Below are positions 46,014-55,732 of a stretch of 64,000 nucleotides of DNA, piece by piece. The notes under the pieces are model-generated. The model had not been told where the DNA came from, ran no database searches, and was given only the letters and a program-made list of their open reading frames with translations. Each line of letters begins with the position of its first letter. Position 1 is the stretch's first letter. This stretch comes from a virus (lineage: Duplodnaviria; Caudoviricetes), in the IMG/VR virus record IMGVR_UViG_3300032301_000861, positions 3,744 to 67,743 of that record; one strand, given 5' to 3'. A program made the translations under genes and the position numbers.

Positions 46014-48006
46014 TTTTTAGTTTCTTATATTGTTTTTCTAACCACACTCGATCATTAATTTTCAATAGCAAGTTATGATCATTTATATATTTCTCGGCAT
46101 ATTCTATGGCCTCTTTTGCTCCACGAACTGCATACTGATCTCGAGAAACAAGCCAGGATTCCAATCTATTTTTTTGTTCTAAATTTTCCGGATGTTGAAT
46201 AGAATTATGATACAACTTTACACATTCCCTAAATGCACTGCGCCAAGTAGAAAAAGGATCTGTATTAAATTCAGTTACATTACTTATTTCTTCCATGACC
46301 TTGATGTCTCGAACTACGGCCGCAAACATATCAAGTTCTTCCCAAGATCGAAGATTCAATATAGCCGACTTGGAAAATAATTTAACTCCCCCATATCCAT
46401 ACACCAAATCATTAATTGGATTTTTTGAATTCCATACATATGAGCAATCTCGATCAAATAGTCCCGGTTGATAATTAAATTCAAAAGAGTTAACGAGCCA
46501 TGCATCGCCGTCTACTACATAAAACATATCGGTATCTGCTAGTCTAGCAGCGGCTTTGTGTGCCTGAAATATGCCTTTGATTCTATCCACTCTTTTGGCC
46601 CAAGGTGCTTTCTCTAGTACACGATGCCAATTCTTTTCTGCGTTGGGTTCATTATAACTGATAAACACCACATCCAATCTATTGGCCAGCAGGGGTACAA
46701 CACGACCTACATCCTTTTCACCCCAGATTATACTTGATACTGTTTTCTTTGCGGCCCATATTTTCTCATCTCCGGTATACAACTCGTCTAGATACCAAAT
46801 ATGAGTGTAATATCTATCATAATAGGGAATATCATAATCAATGTCCAGTTTTAGATTTTTAAGATCGGTGTTATATTCTACAGTTTCTACAGGGTATAAC
46901 TCCCCTATGTTTTTCCATCCCTGAGGTTTATTGATCAATTTGACTCTAATGGCCCAAATGTCTTGACCCTCAGACAATCTAGAATCTAATTTCCAAACGT
47001 GTTCATACTTAAAATCATAGTACTGTATATCATAATCAATGGCAAAATCGTAGCCCATGAGATCGGGATTTTCCACTATTTGAACTATAGGCGAAACTGA
47101 TTCCATGGTCTTAACACCCACAGGATATTCTGTGGCAGACATTTTAACAACCCATATCTCATCCTCAAGTGTTTTAGTGTGTCGAGTATCCAAATACCAA
47201 ACGTGCTCATAGGACAAATCATGCCACGGGATTGCGTAGTCTATATCATATTCCAACAGGGGTAGATCAGGATTATGTTCGACCTTGATCTCAGGAGATA
47301 TAGTACCATACCATTTCCACTCCTTGACTTTTCTGTAGTTAGGAGTGAACTTGAATATATACTGTCGCTCACCGGTGGCATGCTTCTGATCCAACTCCCA
47401 GGCACACTCCCAGGTTAGATCATAAAAGGCAGGGCAGCAGGCATCAATGTCAATGTTAAAGTCTGGAAGATGCTCATTAAACGTAACTGTAACATCGGGA
47501 GTTAAATAACCCATATCTTTAGTGCCAATGACCTCTTTACCCGAAGGCACACAGGACATGACCCATACATTGTCTTCGAGAGGATTGAATCTAAGGTCCA
47601 TGTACCATACTAACCGGTAACCCGTATCCCAGGGCTCGGGTTCAAATAGAGCGTAGGGGTCGTCGATAAAGGTCATTAACCTGTCTAGATCTGGATTTTT
47701 AGTCCAGATAAATTTAGGCTTCTTGATCTCCTTGTGTTCAAACCCCGAGTCATAATTCCAATCTGCTCTGAACAATTTGGCCACCCACTCCCCCTGGTAA
47801 GACCAAATTTGACACTGTGTCAGATCCTCAACCTGATCTATATAATGCTCCAGTTTAGGATCCGATAGGTAGGGGTTTACTACTAAATTACACTTATGAT
47901 TTCGACATAGCTCAAACAGATCCAGGTCATATTGACGATCATCTCCAGTCCACTCTACTGTCTTGACCAATTCTGGATCTAGCTTAAAAATTTTTCTCTG
48001 GGACAT
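45994..48006 (-). CDS. Repeat-domain protein with C-terminal GT-A-like glycosyltransferase domain
   Basis: About five 60-70 aa repeats; DVVFISYNE, HKAAA, FYVVDGD (DxD), FSTWRSAFRECVKL. Confidence 0.7.
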   Translation of the reverse strand: MSQRKIFKLDPELVKTVEWTGDDRQYDLDLFELCRNHKCNLVVNPYLSDPKLEHYIDQVEDLTQCQIWSYQGEWVAKLFRADWNYDSGFEHKEIKKPKFIWTKNPDLDRLMTFIDDPYALFEPEPWDTGYRLVWYMDLRFNPLEDNVWVMSCVPSGKEVIGTKDMGYLTPDVTVTFNEHLPDFNIDIDACCPAFYDLTWECAWELDQKHATGERQYIFKFTPNYRKVKEWKWYGTISPEIKVEHNPDLPLLEYDIDYAIPWHDLSYEHVWYLDTRHTKTLEDEIWVVKMSATEYPVGVKTMESVSPIVQIVENPDLMGYDFAIDYDIQYYDFKYEHVWKLDSRLSEGQDIWAIRVKLINKPQGWKNIGELYPVETVEYNTDLKNLKLDIDYDIPYYDRYYTHIWYLDELYTGDEKIWAAKKTVSSIIWGEKDVGRVVPLLANRLDVVFISYNEPNAEKNWHRVLEKAPWAKRVDRIKGIFQAHKAAARLADTDMFYVVDGDAWLVNSFEFNYQPGLFDRDCSYVWNSKNPINDLVYGYGGVKLFSKSAILNLRSWEELDMFAAVVRDIKVMEEISNVTEFNTDPFSTWRSAFRECVKLYHNSIQHPENLEQKNRLESWLVSRDQYAVRGAKEAIEYAEKYINDHNLLLKINDRVWLEKQYKKLKNDQKAE

Positions 48007-48071
48007 AATATATGCTAATTATCATAGTATATAATATAATCATACATCATCTGAAACAACGACTAAAAAAC

Positions 48072-48812
48072 ATGAACAATACAACTAAAGACCTTAAAAA
48101 AAGACCTAAACTGGGCATCATACAGAGCAGAGGACTGGGAGATTTAATCATAGCCCTACCCATAGCTAAATTCTATGCAGATCAGGGCCGTGAGATCTAC
48201 TGGCCTATAGCGGAAGAATTTTTATCCAGTATGCAGTCCGCAGCACCCTGGGTCAAATGGATACCAATTCCTGTAGATCGGGGCGCATTCTTTTATGACG
48301 TCCCCATGCAGAGACTGCGTAACTTCAAGGTCGACGAGGTCTTATGTCTGTATCAGGCTCTTACAGGACACCCAGAATTCTCCCAAGAAGTATTCTTTCA
48401 ACATACTAAATTTGATCAGTACAAATACATTCAGGCTGGGGTACCATTTCTGAAAAAATGGCAGCTGGCCGAATGTATCACTAGAAATCACGATCGTGAG
48501 CAGAAATTATATGATCAACTGGTCACTAACCCCAACTATGTGGTAATACATCTCGAGGGCAGTGATCACAAAGCACACTTTGATAGAAATATAATTCCAC
48601 AGGATTGGCAGATCATTGAGATCACTGAGCAAACTGATTCAGTATTTGACTGGCTCAAAATACTAGAAGGCGCACAGAGCTTGATCATGGTAGACAGTGT
48701 GTTTGCCAATCTAGTGGATCAACTGGCCATAGGTGATGATAGATACTTTATACCCCGTAGCCACATAGGACTAACACCTGTACAGGGACAACACTGGACC
48801 TGGATCAAATGA
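48072..48812 (+). CDS. Glycosyltransferase family 9 (heptosyltransferase)-like protein
   Basis: RGLGDLIIALP, YVVIHLEG, DWL.IL.GA...I.VDS..ANL. Confidence 0.65.
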   Translation: MNNTTKDLKKRPKLGIIQSRGLGDLIIALPIAKFYADQGREIYWPIAEEFLSSMQSAAPWVKWIPIPVDRGAFFYDVPMQRLRNFKVDEVLCLYQALTGHPEFSQEVFFQHTKFDQYKYIQAGVPFLKKWQLAECITRNHDREQKLYDQLVTNPNYVVIHLEGSDHKAHFDRNIIPQDWQIIEITEQTDSVFDWLKILEGAQSLIMVDSVFANLVDQLAIGDDRYFIPRSHIGLTPVQGQHWTWIK

Positions 48813-49573
48813 CAGAGAAGAACAGTCCAGAAATACTGGTGCCCGCTCGATCAGCTATTCTGTTTGCAGGTCCCCCTCGTTGGTGCAGATTCACTGATCT
48901 ACAGTTGGCCGCATTGAATACACAGGGCACAGTGGATTGGTATGTGACCTTTTGGGCAGAAAATACACAAAAGGATCCCTTGATCAACTCTAATTGGGCT
49001 GTGGAAACACCACAGGACGCACTGTTCCGCTTGGGCAAAAATTTACCCCAAGGACACAGAATACAGCATTGCGAACTGCTATATCCACATATCCTACCCC
49101 CAATTCCCCGGACCAACTACTCAGCTACACAACTACTGCCCCCGGACATTTGGCGAGAGTACTGGTGCTTACAGCGTTGCGATCAGGCTAGACAGCGCAG
49201 CGGAATTGAATACGATCTTGTGATCAAAAGTAGACCCGAACTGGCCATTACCCAGGGCAAGATCAATCTAGATCTAGCTGCGAGATTTCTAAGAAAAAAT
49301 CCCGAAACACTGATCACAGCTAGAAATCTTAGACTGGGACCCAAGAAATTTTCCGAACATCTAGTGGTGGCTCGACCCAGTGCTATGACAGAGTTTACCA
49401 ATTCAATAGATCACTGGGATCGAGCTTATCAGGGTGGTGTGGCCTATCACCCCGCACACTTGTTAGGCGCCCTACTGGCCACACAGGGCTATCAATGGCC
49501 CCAGACTGACTTTGAAATCACCGTGCTGGATCCTCTAAGAACTGAACGTCCCGCTTGGGGTCGCTGGTGCTAG
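48809..49573 (+). CDS. Putative glycosyltransferase, divergent paralog D
   Basis: AILFAGPPR, YDLVIKSRPE resemble paralogs A-C. Confidence 0.5.
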   Translation: MTEKNSPEILVPARSAILFAGPPRWCRFTDLQLAALNTQGTVDWYVTFWAENTQKDPLINSNWAVETPQDALFRLGKNLPQGHRIQHCELLYPHILPPIPRTNYSATQLLPPDIWREYWCLQRCDQARQRSGIEYDLVIKSRPELAITQGKINLDLAARFLRKNPETLITARNLRLGPKKFSEHLVVARPSAMTEFTNSIDHWDRAYQGGVAYHPAHLLGALLATQGYQWPQTDFEITVLDPLRTERPAWGRWC

Positions 49574-49581
49574 AACACCTT

Positions 49582-50352
49582 TTAGCTTAAATTCATACGG
49601 CCCATAACTTTTAAGGCTATATGAATGTGATCTTGGGGCCCGGGATGACTGAGATCTCGACCTCGAATAGTTAGGTTCTGTGGATCCGTGAACAAGGGAA
49701 TGAACTGCACTTGAGGTCTTGTAAACTGCCGGGACCAAGTGCAGTGATAAACAGGTACACCACGAGATCCCCACATGATGTCCAGGGATTGGCGGTACTG
49801 ATCGGCCCAAAAATCGCCTAAATACGGATCCAGGGCCCAGCTGAGACCTAATTGTATACTGGGATCCTGAGAATCCGGGCGATCAGCATTCCAGGTACCG
49901 TGCCCCCGCGCATGAGTCATCTGAGAATCTGCTAGAGTAAACATACGTGATGTATCGGGCCAATAATAGACCACAGCACGGGGCTTGTGTCCTTCTGCTA
50001 TAACACGCAGACTGTTGACCCAGTTGTAACCCCAACCCTGCCCACCCTGTGCAAGATTGATCACAGGAATCTTGGTGAACTGAGACAATTTATAGGGCCA
50101 AGCATCAGAATCACCCACGGCAATTCCAAAGGTATTAGAACAACCAAAAGCCAATATGCTTCGGCCCCAATCTAACTCAGAGAACTCCCCACATCTAAAA
50201 CCTTGACTGTTTAAGGTGTAGGTAACTGAGTGAGTTCTCCAATACCAATCTGAGGGCTGCAGGCCGAGATTTTTTTTAAATAGTTCCTCAGTGTCAGCGG
50301 GACAGTAATGGTGTATCCCGGATAAATTGATAGATTTTAACAGACACAGCAT
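49582..50352 (-). CDS. SGNH-hydrolase-like protein
   Basis: NSQGFR, AFGCSNTFG, INLAQGG, DLSHPG. Confidence 0.6.
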   Translation of the reverse strand: MLCLLKSINLSGIHHYCPADTEELFKKNLGLQPSDWYWRTHSVTYTLNSQGFRCGEFSELDWGRSILAFGCSNTFGIAVGDSDAWPYKLSQFTKIPVINLAQGGQGWGYNWVNSLRVIAEGHKPRAVVYYWPDTSRMFTLADSQMTHARGHGTWNADRPDSQDPSIQLGLSWALDPYLGDFWADQYRQSLDIMWGSRGVPVYHCTWSRQFTRPQVQFIPLFTDPQNLTIRGRDLSHPGPQDHIHIALKVMGRMNLS

Positions 50353-51473
50353 ATAGCCTATATTTATAGATCTAGAAATTTATAGTTAAAGTTATTCCCG
50401 AATGAGCAGTGAGATTGGGCCTTAATCGATATCTTAGCTGGTGCAGCCAAATACCCCGCTGTAGGGGACTAGCAAATACAATACATAATAACATATATAC
50501 AAATACCCCGCTGTAGGGGTTTAGACAAATCACTCAATTCATACACATACAGATATCTATACACACACATACATACGTATATACAGTGTGTATGTGTGTG
50601 CGTAGAATCTTTCACTGAAAACTAGTAAGAAGAAAAGAAAATCACACTGTGGGAGAACTGGGGGAACCGCAAAGGATCAGTGGGGGAATGGTAGGAGAAC
50701 ACTGTAGAGAACCGCAAAGGATCAATGAGGGAACTGGGGATTATGGTGAAAAGTATTTTAACTAAACCCCCCACCCCCACCCTGGTCTCACGGTGAATCA
50801 CTATAGAAACGGTATCCAAACCTGTCAAATGGTGTCTAGAGTGGGGCCAAAATGGGAGAATAATAGTGATTTTTGGTCCCATTTATCAAAGTTTTAGACC
50901 ATTTTGACCCCATATATAAATAGAATTCTAAACCGAGCGCTAGTGGGAATCTAGGATCTAATCTACCGGGCACTCTAGGGCCGACGGGTTGATTCATTCT
51001 AGAGGTCATGAGGACATGGTCCCTTGAATCTACAGCTAGTCTGCGACCAACTTAGAGAGGTAAGACCGCCCGAGTAGGGGTTAACAGCGGAACGGGACTG
51101 CTAGGAATTGGTCAGCTAGAGCAGTACTACTGGGGGGCACACTGTATACACGTATACTCTGTGCCTCTTAGTTTCTCTCACAGAGCACTGTATATACATA
51201 TACAACACTATATGTATAGTATAAGCAGATTGGGATCTCACTGACCGTAATCCCACTGTATATACTCACTATACTAGTATAGGATTATAGTGGGATTACG
51301 GTCTTATTCTCACGGGATTATAGTGGTATAATATTATCTGATTATACGGGGAGTATACGGCTATAATCCCGGGTTTTAAAACTATAATATTATAGGGTTA
51401 TACGGGGTTTTAACTAGATAATATTATGTCAGTATACGGGATTATATCAGAATAATGTTATCTGATTATAAGT
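50353..51473. other. Non-coding strand-switch region rich in direct and inverted repeats (origin/terminus candidate)
   Basis: No credible ORF over 1.1 kb; 20-bp and 16-bp direct repeats, 15-bp inverted repeat, iterated TATACGGG/ATAATATTAT. Confidence 0.6.
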
Positions 51474-51518
51474 GGAGTGCCGGGGTGTTGTCAAAATACA
51501 ACACCTTTTTTGGTTGAC
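51474..51518 (+). repeat. 45-bp module GGAGTGCCGG-GGTGTTGT-N6-ACAACACC-T6-GGTTGAC, copy 1 (others 53115, 56716, 58443 partial, 60755 rearranged)
   Basis: Near-identical copies; 8-bp hairpin plus T-run fused to a -35 box. Confidence 0.9.
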
Positions 51519-51547
51519 TTTTGGGCTAGACCCTGTATAATACGAGA

Positions 51548-51892
51548 ATGGACACACAGACTACACCCCGTAAGAAGCGCAGCGACCGCAATCACATTGT
51601 GTACGAGCTAGTTATCGGCTCAGAGAACTATGTGGGAGTCACTGCTAAGACTGAAAGCACTGTGGTCAAGAGTGTGCAGAGCAGGCTCTCAAAGCACTGG
51701 TATCGTGCACAGACTGAGAGCAAGGACTGGGCCTTGTGCCGTGCTTTGAGACAGTTGACCAGTCGTGAACTAGTTGAGATCCGCATACACGAGGTCGTGC
51801 GGGGCAAGACGGCCGCACACAAGAGGGAAGTTGAGATCCGGCGTGGCGTTAAACCCACACTGAATACAGATGTTAGAGGCGATTTTGCTTGA
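51548..51892 (+). CDS. GIY-YIG nuclease family protein
   Basis: HIVY....NYVGVT, RL.KH, A...E; ATG 6 nt after TATAAT. Confidence 0.75.
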   Translation: MDTQTTPRKKRSDRNHIVYELVIGSENYVGVTAKTESTVVKSVQSRLSKHWYRAQTESKDWALCRALRQLTSRELVEIRIHEVVRGKTAAHKREVEIRRGVKPTLNTDVRGDFA

Positions 51893-51952
51893 CAAAAGTC
51901 TAGCAGTAGGCTATAATACTTGAACACTAACACAACAGAGAGAGCACACGCT

Positions 51953-52141
51953 ATGCTATACGACCTCGACACGTTCGTTAACACTAACGCTAGCACCTTT
52001 GAGGGATCGCTTGAGGAGTTCACCAGCACATTCCCTGCAGCAGACTGTGACGAGACAGCAGACCCGGTGCTAGTGTACCTGCGAGCGGGAGTGCCTGTTG
52101 CCTGGTACGACCTCGAACTTGAGTGCGGGTTTGTGGCTTAA
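51953..52141 (+). CDS. Small acidic early protein
   Basis: Own promoter and leader; start corrected from TTG call. Confidence 0.7.
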   Translation: MLYDLDTFVNTNASTFEGSLEEFTSTFPAADCDETADPVLVYLRAGVPVAWYDLELECGFVA

Positions 52142-52219
52142 ATGCCACAATCTGTGGGGTTGACAACAGCCCCACAGTTCGCTATAATACTTGAACACTA
52201 ACAGCACGGAGCACTAGAG

Positions 52220-53110
52220 ATGAAAGCAGAAATTATTTTCCAAGACGGCAATTGGATCGGTATGGCAGCAGGCAAGAAAGTGGTCAAGAGCTACGATCAA
52301 ACTCGTGTGGTCAAGATGATGCTCAAAGCGGGCTACAAGAATGTGCCCATCCGGGGTGAGGATGTTACCACAGCAGTGGAAGATGCAGAGTGCCAGTGGG
52401 ACATCAATCAGCGATTCAGTTTCCTCACTGACCTCGTTACCATGGTAGCCAAGCGTCAGGCTGTGAGTGTGGTTGTTACAGGTCCTGGAGGCCTTGGCAA
52501 GACGCATACTGTACAGGCTGCGCTCAAGGCAGCAGGTCTCAAAGATGCCAGCGACATGAACAGCTTCGGCAAAGACGGGCTGTATCGCGTGATCAAAGGC
52601 TATAGCACTGCTAAAGGCCTGTTCCGTGAACTCTACGAGAACCGTGACAGTGTGATCGTGTTTGACGACTGTGATGCTGTGCTCAAGGATCCCGTAGCAC
52701 TCAACCTGCTCAAAGGTGCTCTGGACAGTTACGACAAGCGAGTGATTTCGTGGAATGCAGACTTCCGCGACGAAGATCTCGAGCGCAGTTTCCAGTTCAC
52801 GGGGCGTGTGATCTTTATCAGCAACATCAAGCGTGAGAATCTTGATGCTGCCTTGCTGACTCGTGCCTACTGTGTTGACCTGCGTATGACTGACGCACAG
52901 AAACTGGAGCGTATGAGTGTGCTAGCAGAGAGTGAGGACTTCCTGCCGCAGTTTGACATCAAGCACAAGCGGGAAGCACTGGCTCTGATTGGGGAAGTGG
53001 GAGATCGTGCTCGTGAGATCAGCCTGCGTACACTACAGGCAGTGACTCGCATTCGTGCTGCTAACACTAAGAACTGGCGTGCGCTGGCAGAGTACACTTT
53101 GACCAACTGA
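52220..53110 (+). CDS. AAA+ ATPase, paralog 1
   Basis: Walker A GPGGLGKT, Walker B IVFDDCD, LLKGALDS. Confidence 0.9.
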   Translation: MKAEIIFQDGNWIGMAAGKKVVKSYDQTRVVKMMLKAGYKNVPIRGEDVTTAVEDAECQWDINQRFSFLTDLVTMVAKRQAVSVVVTGPGGLGKTHTVQAALKAAGLKDASDMNSFGKDGLYRVIKGYSTAKGLFRELYENRDSVIVFDDCDAVLKDPVALNLLKGALDSYDKRVISWNADFRDEDLERSFQFTGRVIFISNIKRENLDAALLTRAYCVDLRMTDAQKLERMSVLAESEDFLPQFDIKHKREALALIGEVGDRAREISLRTLQAVTRIRAANTKNWRALAEYTLTN

Positions 53111-53214
53111 GGCTGGAGTGCCGGGGTGTTGTAGAAATACAACACCTTTTTTGGTTGACAAACGCCCGAGAGTTCGCTATAATCATTGAACACTAACAGC
53201 ACGGAGCAGCAAAG

Positions 53215-53700
53215 ATGAGAAAAAATCTTGTACTCATGCGGGATGTAATTACTCGTTATCATCCGGAGTTTGTGCAAAGCCGAGATCTGTGCAGTTATGG
53301 GCTCGAGCATAGCGATATCTTCAATGTGGAGAGGCTAGTTGAAGAGTGCCTGGCTGCTGTGGGAGGATACCAGTTCGTTGATCAAGAGGGTTATGACTTC
53401 AGCGACTTCAGCGACAGTAAGACAGTCACTGTGAACGCAAAGTCGCGAAGAGCCGAGATCCACAGGGTGGAATGCAAAATCGGAGCGTTGAGGATCACCA
53501 CTTACAATCCTCACAAGAACGGTGTGGACTTCTTCTTTGTGCCCGAGCGAGATCTGGGCCGCGTCAAATCTCCCTGCTATGGCAAGAACAGCCATGGTGA
53601 GAGGATCGCGTTTACTTGGAACAACCGTTTTGATCACTACAATTGGTTCGAGAGCTACAGGCTCAACAGCTTCGCAGAGCTGGCCCGGTCTTGTGGTTGA
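53215..53700 (+). CDS. Putative PD-(D/E)XK nuclease
   Basis: E helix (VERLVEE), GYDF...SDSKT motif. Confidence 0.5.
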   Translation: MRKNLVLMRDVITRYHPEFVQSRDLCSYGLEHSDIFNVERLVEECLAAVGGYQFVDQEGYDFSDFSDSKTVTVNAKSRRAEIHRVECKIGALRITTYNPHKNGVDFFFVPERDLGRVKSPCYGKNSHGERIAFTWNNRFDHYNWFESYRLNSFAELARSCG

Positions 53701-53754
53701 CTTCTGGTTAGATCGGCTATATAATCATTGAACACTAAGCAAATGGAGCACGAG

Positions 53755-54039
53755 ATGTTGCAAGACTACACCATGTACATCTGGAAACTGGATTCTCGCT
53801 ACAAGACCGGCCGCCGTGCCGTTCAAACCTATGTTTACCGCGCCAAGCATGATCAATGGATGAGGGAAGAGGTCCGTGATCTGCAGAGTGGGCTGTACCC
53901 CAAGAGCAAGGGGTTCATCCTCGAGTTCGTGCCCACCATGCGAACTGTGAAGAACCTGATGACTGGGGAGGAAGTGCAGATCCCCTATGATACTCCTCGC
54001 TCTTGTGATCCCAGCACTGAACTCTATTGGAGCATGTAA
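53755..54039 (+). CDS. Small early protein (TP..CDPS.E.YWSM)
   Basis: Own promoter, GGAGCA RBS. Confidence 0.75.
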   Translation: MLQDYTMYIWKLDSRYKTGRRAVQTYVYRAKHDQWMREEVRDLQSGLYPKSKGFILEFVPTMRTVKNLMTGEEVQIPYDTPRSCDPSTELYWSM

Positions 54040-54040
54040 C

Positions 54041-54280
54041 ATGAATTGGATTCTACTAGCAGTGGCCACTCTGCAGCCCATTTCCGCTCACACCACGCGA
54101 GTGGGTTGTGAGTTGGAGATCAGACAGAAGATTCGGCAGGAGAACCCCATGCCCCACCACTTGACATTCGAGCAAGAAGAAGCATACAAGATTACAATCG
54201 ATGCACTATACAACGGTCAAAAATCCTACCTCTGTGTGCGAAATAAGCCACAATCTTCGGTTGACAAGCCAGTTCGATGA
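54041..54280 (+). CDS. Hypothetical protein
   Basis: GGAGCA RBS; reads through next -35. Confidence 0.55.
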   Translation: MNWILLAVATLQPISAHTTRVGCELEIRQKIRQENPMPHHLTFEQEEAYKITIDALYNGQKSYLCVRNKPQSSVDKPVR

Positions 54281-54319
54281 TTGTATAATACTTGAACACT
54301 GGGAAACAAGGAGTAGCAG

Positions 54320-54409
54320 ATGTTAACAGTTCTTGTAGTTTGGTTTGCGGTCAGTGTGCCTGTGGCTCTGCTGGTAGGCGCTGTAATCCGATTTGGCTCA
54401 GGAGAGTAA
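54320..54409 (+). CDS. 29-aa single-TM peptide (MLTVLVVWFAVSVPVALLVGAVIRFGSGE)
   Basis: Hand-translated; first ORF after promoter 54261 with GGAG RBS. Confidence 0.6.
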   Translation: MLTVLVVWFAVSVPVALLVGAVIRFGSGE

Positions 54410-54413
54410 CAGT

Positions 54414-54590
54414 ATGAAAATTGATACCATGATGGAAATTGGTGAAATTCAAGGTCTGCTCGAAGATCTCACCGAGCGAGTTTGCCGTTTGCCCATTAGC
54501 ACCGTGAAACGGCGACTGCTGGAGAGCAAACTCATGGAGATCGAGGACTTTCTGGACGAAGAGGTGCAGTTGGAAAGTACCGACTGGTAG
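54414..54590 (+). CDS. Small acidic helical protein
   Basis: GGAG RBS; start MKIDT. Confidence 0.65.
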   Translation: MKIDTMMEIGEIQGLLEDLTERVCRLPISTVKRRLLESKLMEIEDFLDEEVQLESTDW

Positions 54591-54650
54591 GTTGACACAA
54601 GGCCCAAAAGGCCTTATAATACTTGAACACTAGCAAACAAGGAGCAGCAA

Positions 54651-54983
54651 ATGAACTACACTCAAGAGCAGATCACAGCAATCGTAGCAGAAGCCCAAGT
54701 TGAAGCCCGCCGGGCAGCAGAAGCATTCCACGCCCAGTATGGCGATCGTGATTGCTGTGGCTTTGCGTGGACCAACATCTACGGCATCAAAGGCAACACC
54801 AAGGTGGGCAAGATGCTCAAGGCTGCTGGTGTGCGGCAGGATTACACCAAGGCCTTCCAGATCTGGAATCCTTCAAAGTTCCCCACGCAGAGCATGAACA
54901 TTCTGGAAGCGGGTGCACAGGCCGCAGCGGAAGTGTTCCGCAAGTACGGCTTCGACAGCCTTGCTGGCAGCAGGATGGACTGA
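54651..54983 (+). CDS. Small early protein (CGFAW family)
   Basis: Own promoter, GGAGCA RBS. Confidence 0.8.
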   Translation: MNYTQEQITAIVAEAQVEARRAAEAFHAQYGDRDCCGFAWTNIYGIKGNTKVGKMLKAAGVRQDYTKAFQIWNPSKFPTQSMNILEAGAQAAAEVFRKYGFDSLAGSRMD

Positions 54984-55094
54984 TCCACAAGGGGTGTGGC
55001 ATATACACCACACCCCAGGCTCTCCACTCAAGTGGTTGACAGATGCCCAAGAGTTCGCTATAATACTTGAACACTAACAGCAAGGAGCAGCAAG

Positions 55095-55313
55095 ATGCAG
55101 TGGAACTTGGAAGGCTTGAGAGTTTGGGGACACTACCTGGACATGTTCCCGGTCAGCGGAGAGGTTGTGCTGAGCCGTGTGTGCTACGGTGGCGGGGTGC
55201 AGCATACCGTGGTGCTGGAGCAGCCCTTGACGGTGTTTGGTCGGGTGCGCGAAGCGGGCGAGCGGGTCTTGCTGGACCATAAGGATGTGGTTCGTGTAAA
55301 GGATGCGGTATGA
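55095..55313 (+). CDS. Small early protein
   Basis: Own promoter, GGAGCA RBS. Confidence 0.75.
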   Translation: MQWNLEGLRVWGHYLDMFPVSGEVVLSRVCYGGGVQHTVVLEQPLTVFGRVREAGERVLLDHKDVVRVKDAV

Positions 55314-55489
55314 ACTGGGCTAGAGTTTTGTTTTACCGACGGGACCTCTTTACAGTATGCAGAGTGGGCTTTATGGCTAACCGCATTGATCCACTGTGGT
55401 GTGAAGGGTGGATCTTGGAGGATCGCCTGGATCAGTTGACGCACAAGAACATTTGGTTCACTACAGATCTAGACGGGGTCAAACAATGA
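55310..55489 (+). CDS. 59-aa protein (MNWARVLFYRR...), not in ORF track
   Basis: ATGA overlaps at both ends. Confidence 0.6.
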   Translation: MNWARVLFYRRDLFTVCRVGFMANRIDPLWCEGWILEDRLDQLTHKNIWFTTDLDGVKQ

Positions 55490-55680
55490 TTGATGAGTAC
55501 ACTCCCACTGCTGCTGTTCGTTGGTGGTTCCGCAATGGTCACCAATGGTATCAGGCCTTTGACAGTCAGGCCGAACGGAACCATTGGATCAACCGTGTGG
55601 GCTTGGTCTCGCATCCGGACATTGTACGGGTTACCGTCTACGATGGTGACTTCGATCGGGATCTCAAACGACTCGGTTGA
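55486..55680 (+). CDS. Small early protein (MIDEYTP...)
   Basis: ATGA overlap; stop inside next -35. Confidence 0.65.
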   Translation: MIDEYTPTAAVRWWFRNGHQWYQAFDSQAERNHWINRVGLVSHPDIVRVTVYDGDFDRDLKRLG

Positions 55681-55732
55681 CAAGGCAGGGGCTTGGCAGT
55701 ACAATACTTGAACACTAGCAAGGAGCACGACT

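Noticed and set aside
50448-50519. Two 20-bp hairpin repeats 32 nt apart resembling a mini-CRISPR array
   Set aside because: Only two copies, low-complexity A/C/T-rich spacer, no cas genes or leader; treated as part of the origin/terminus region (a solitary-repeat anti-CRISPR role cannot be excluded)
50622-50882. 86-aa minus-strand ORF in the non-coding region
   Set aside because: Arises from purine-rich direct repeats; no RBS or protein-like features
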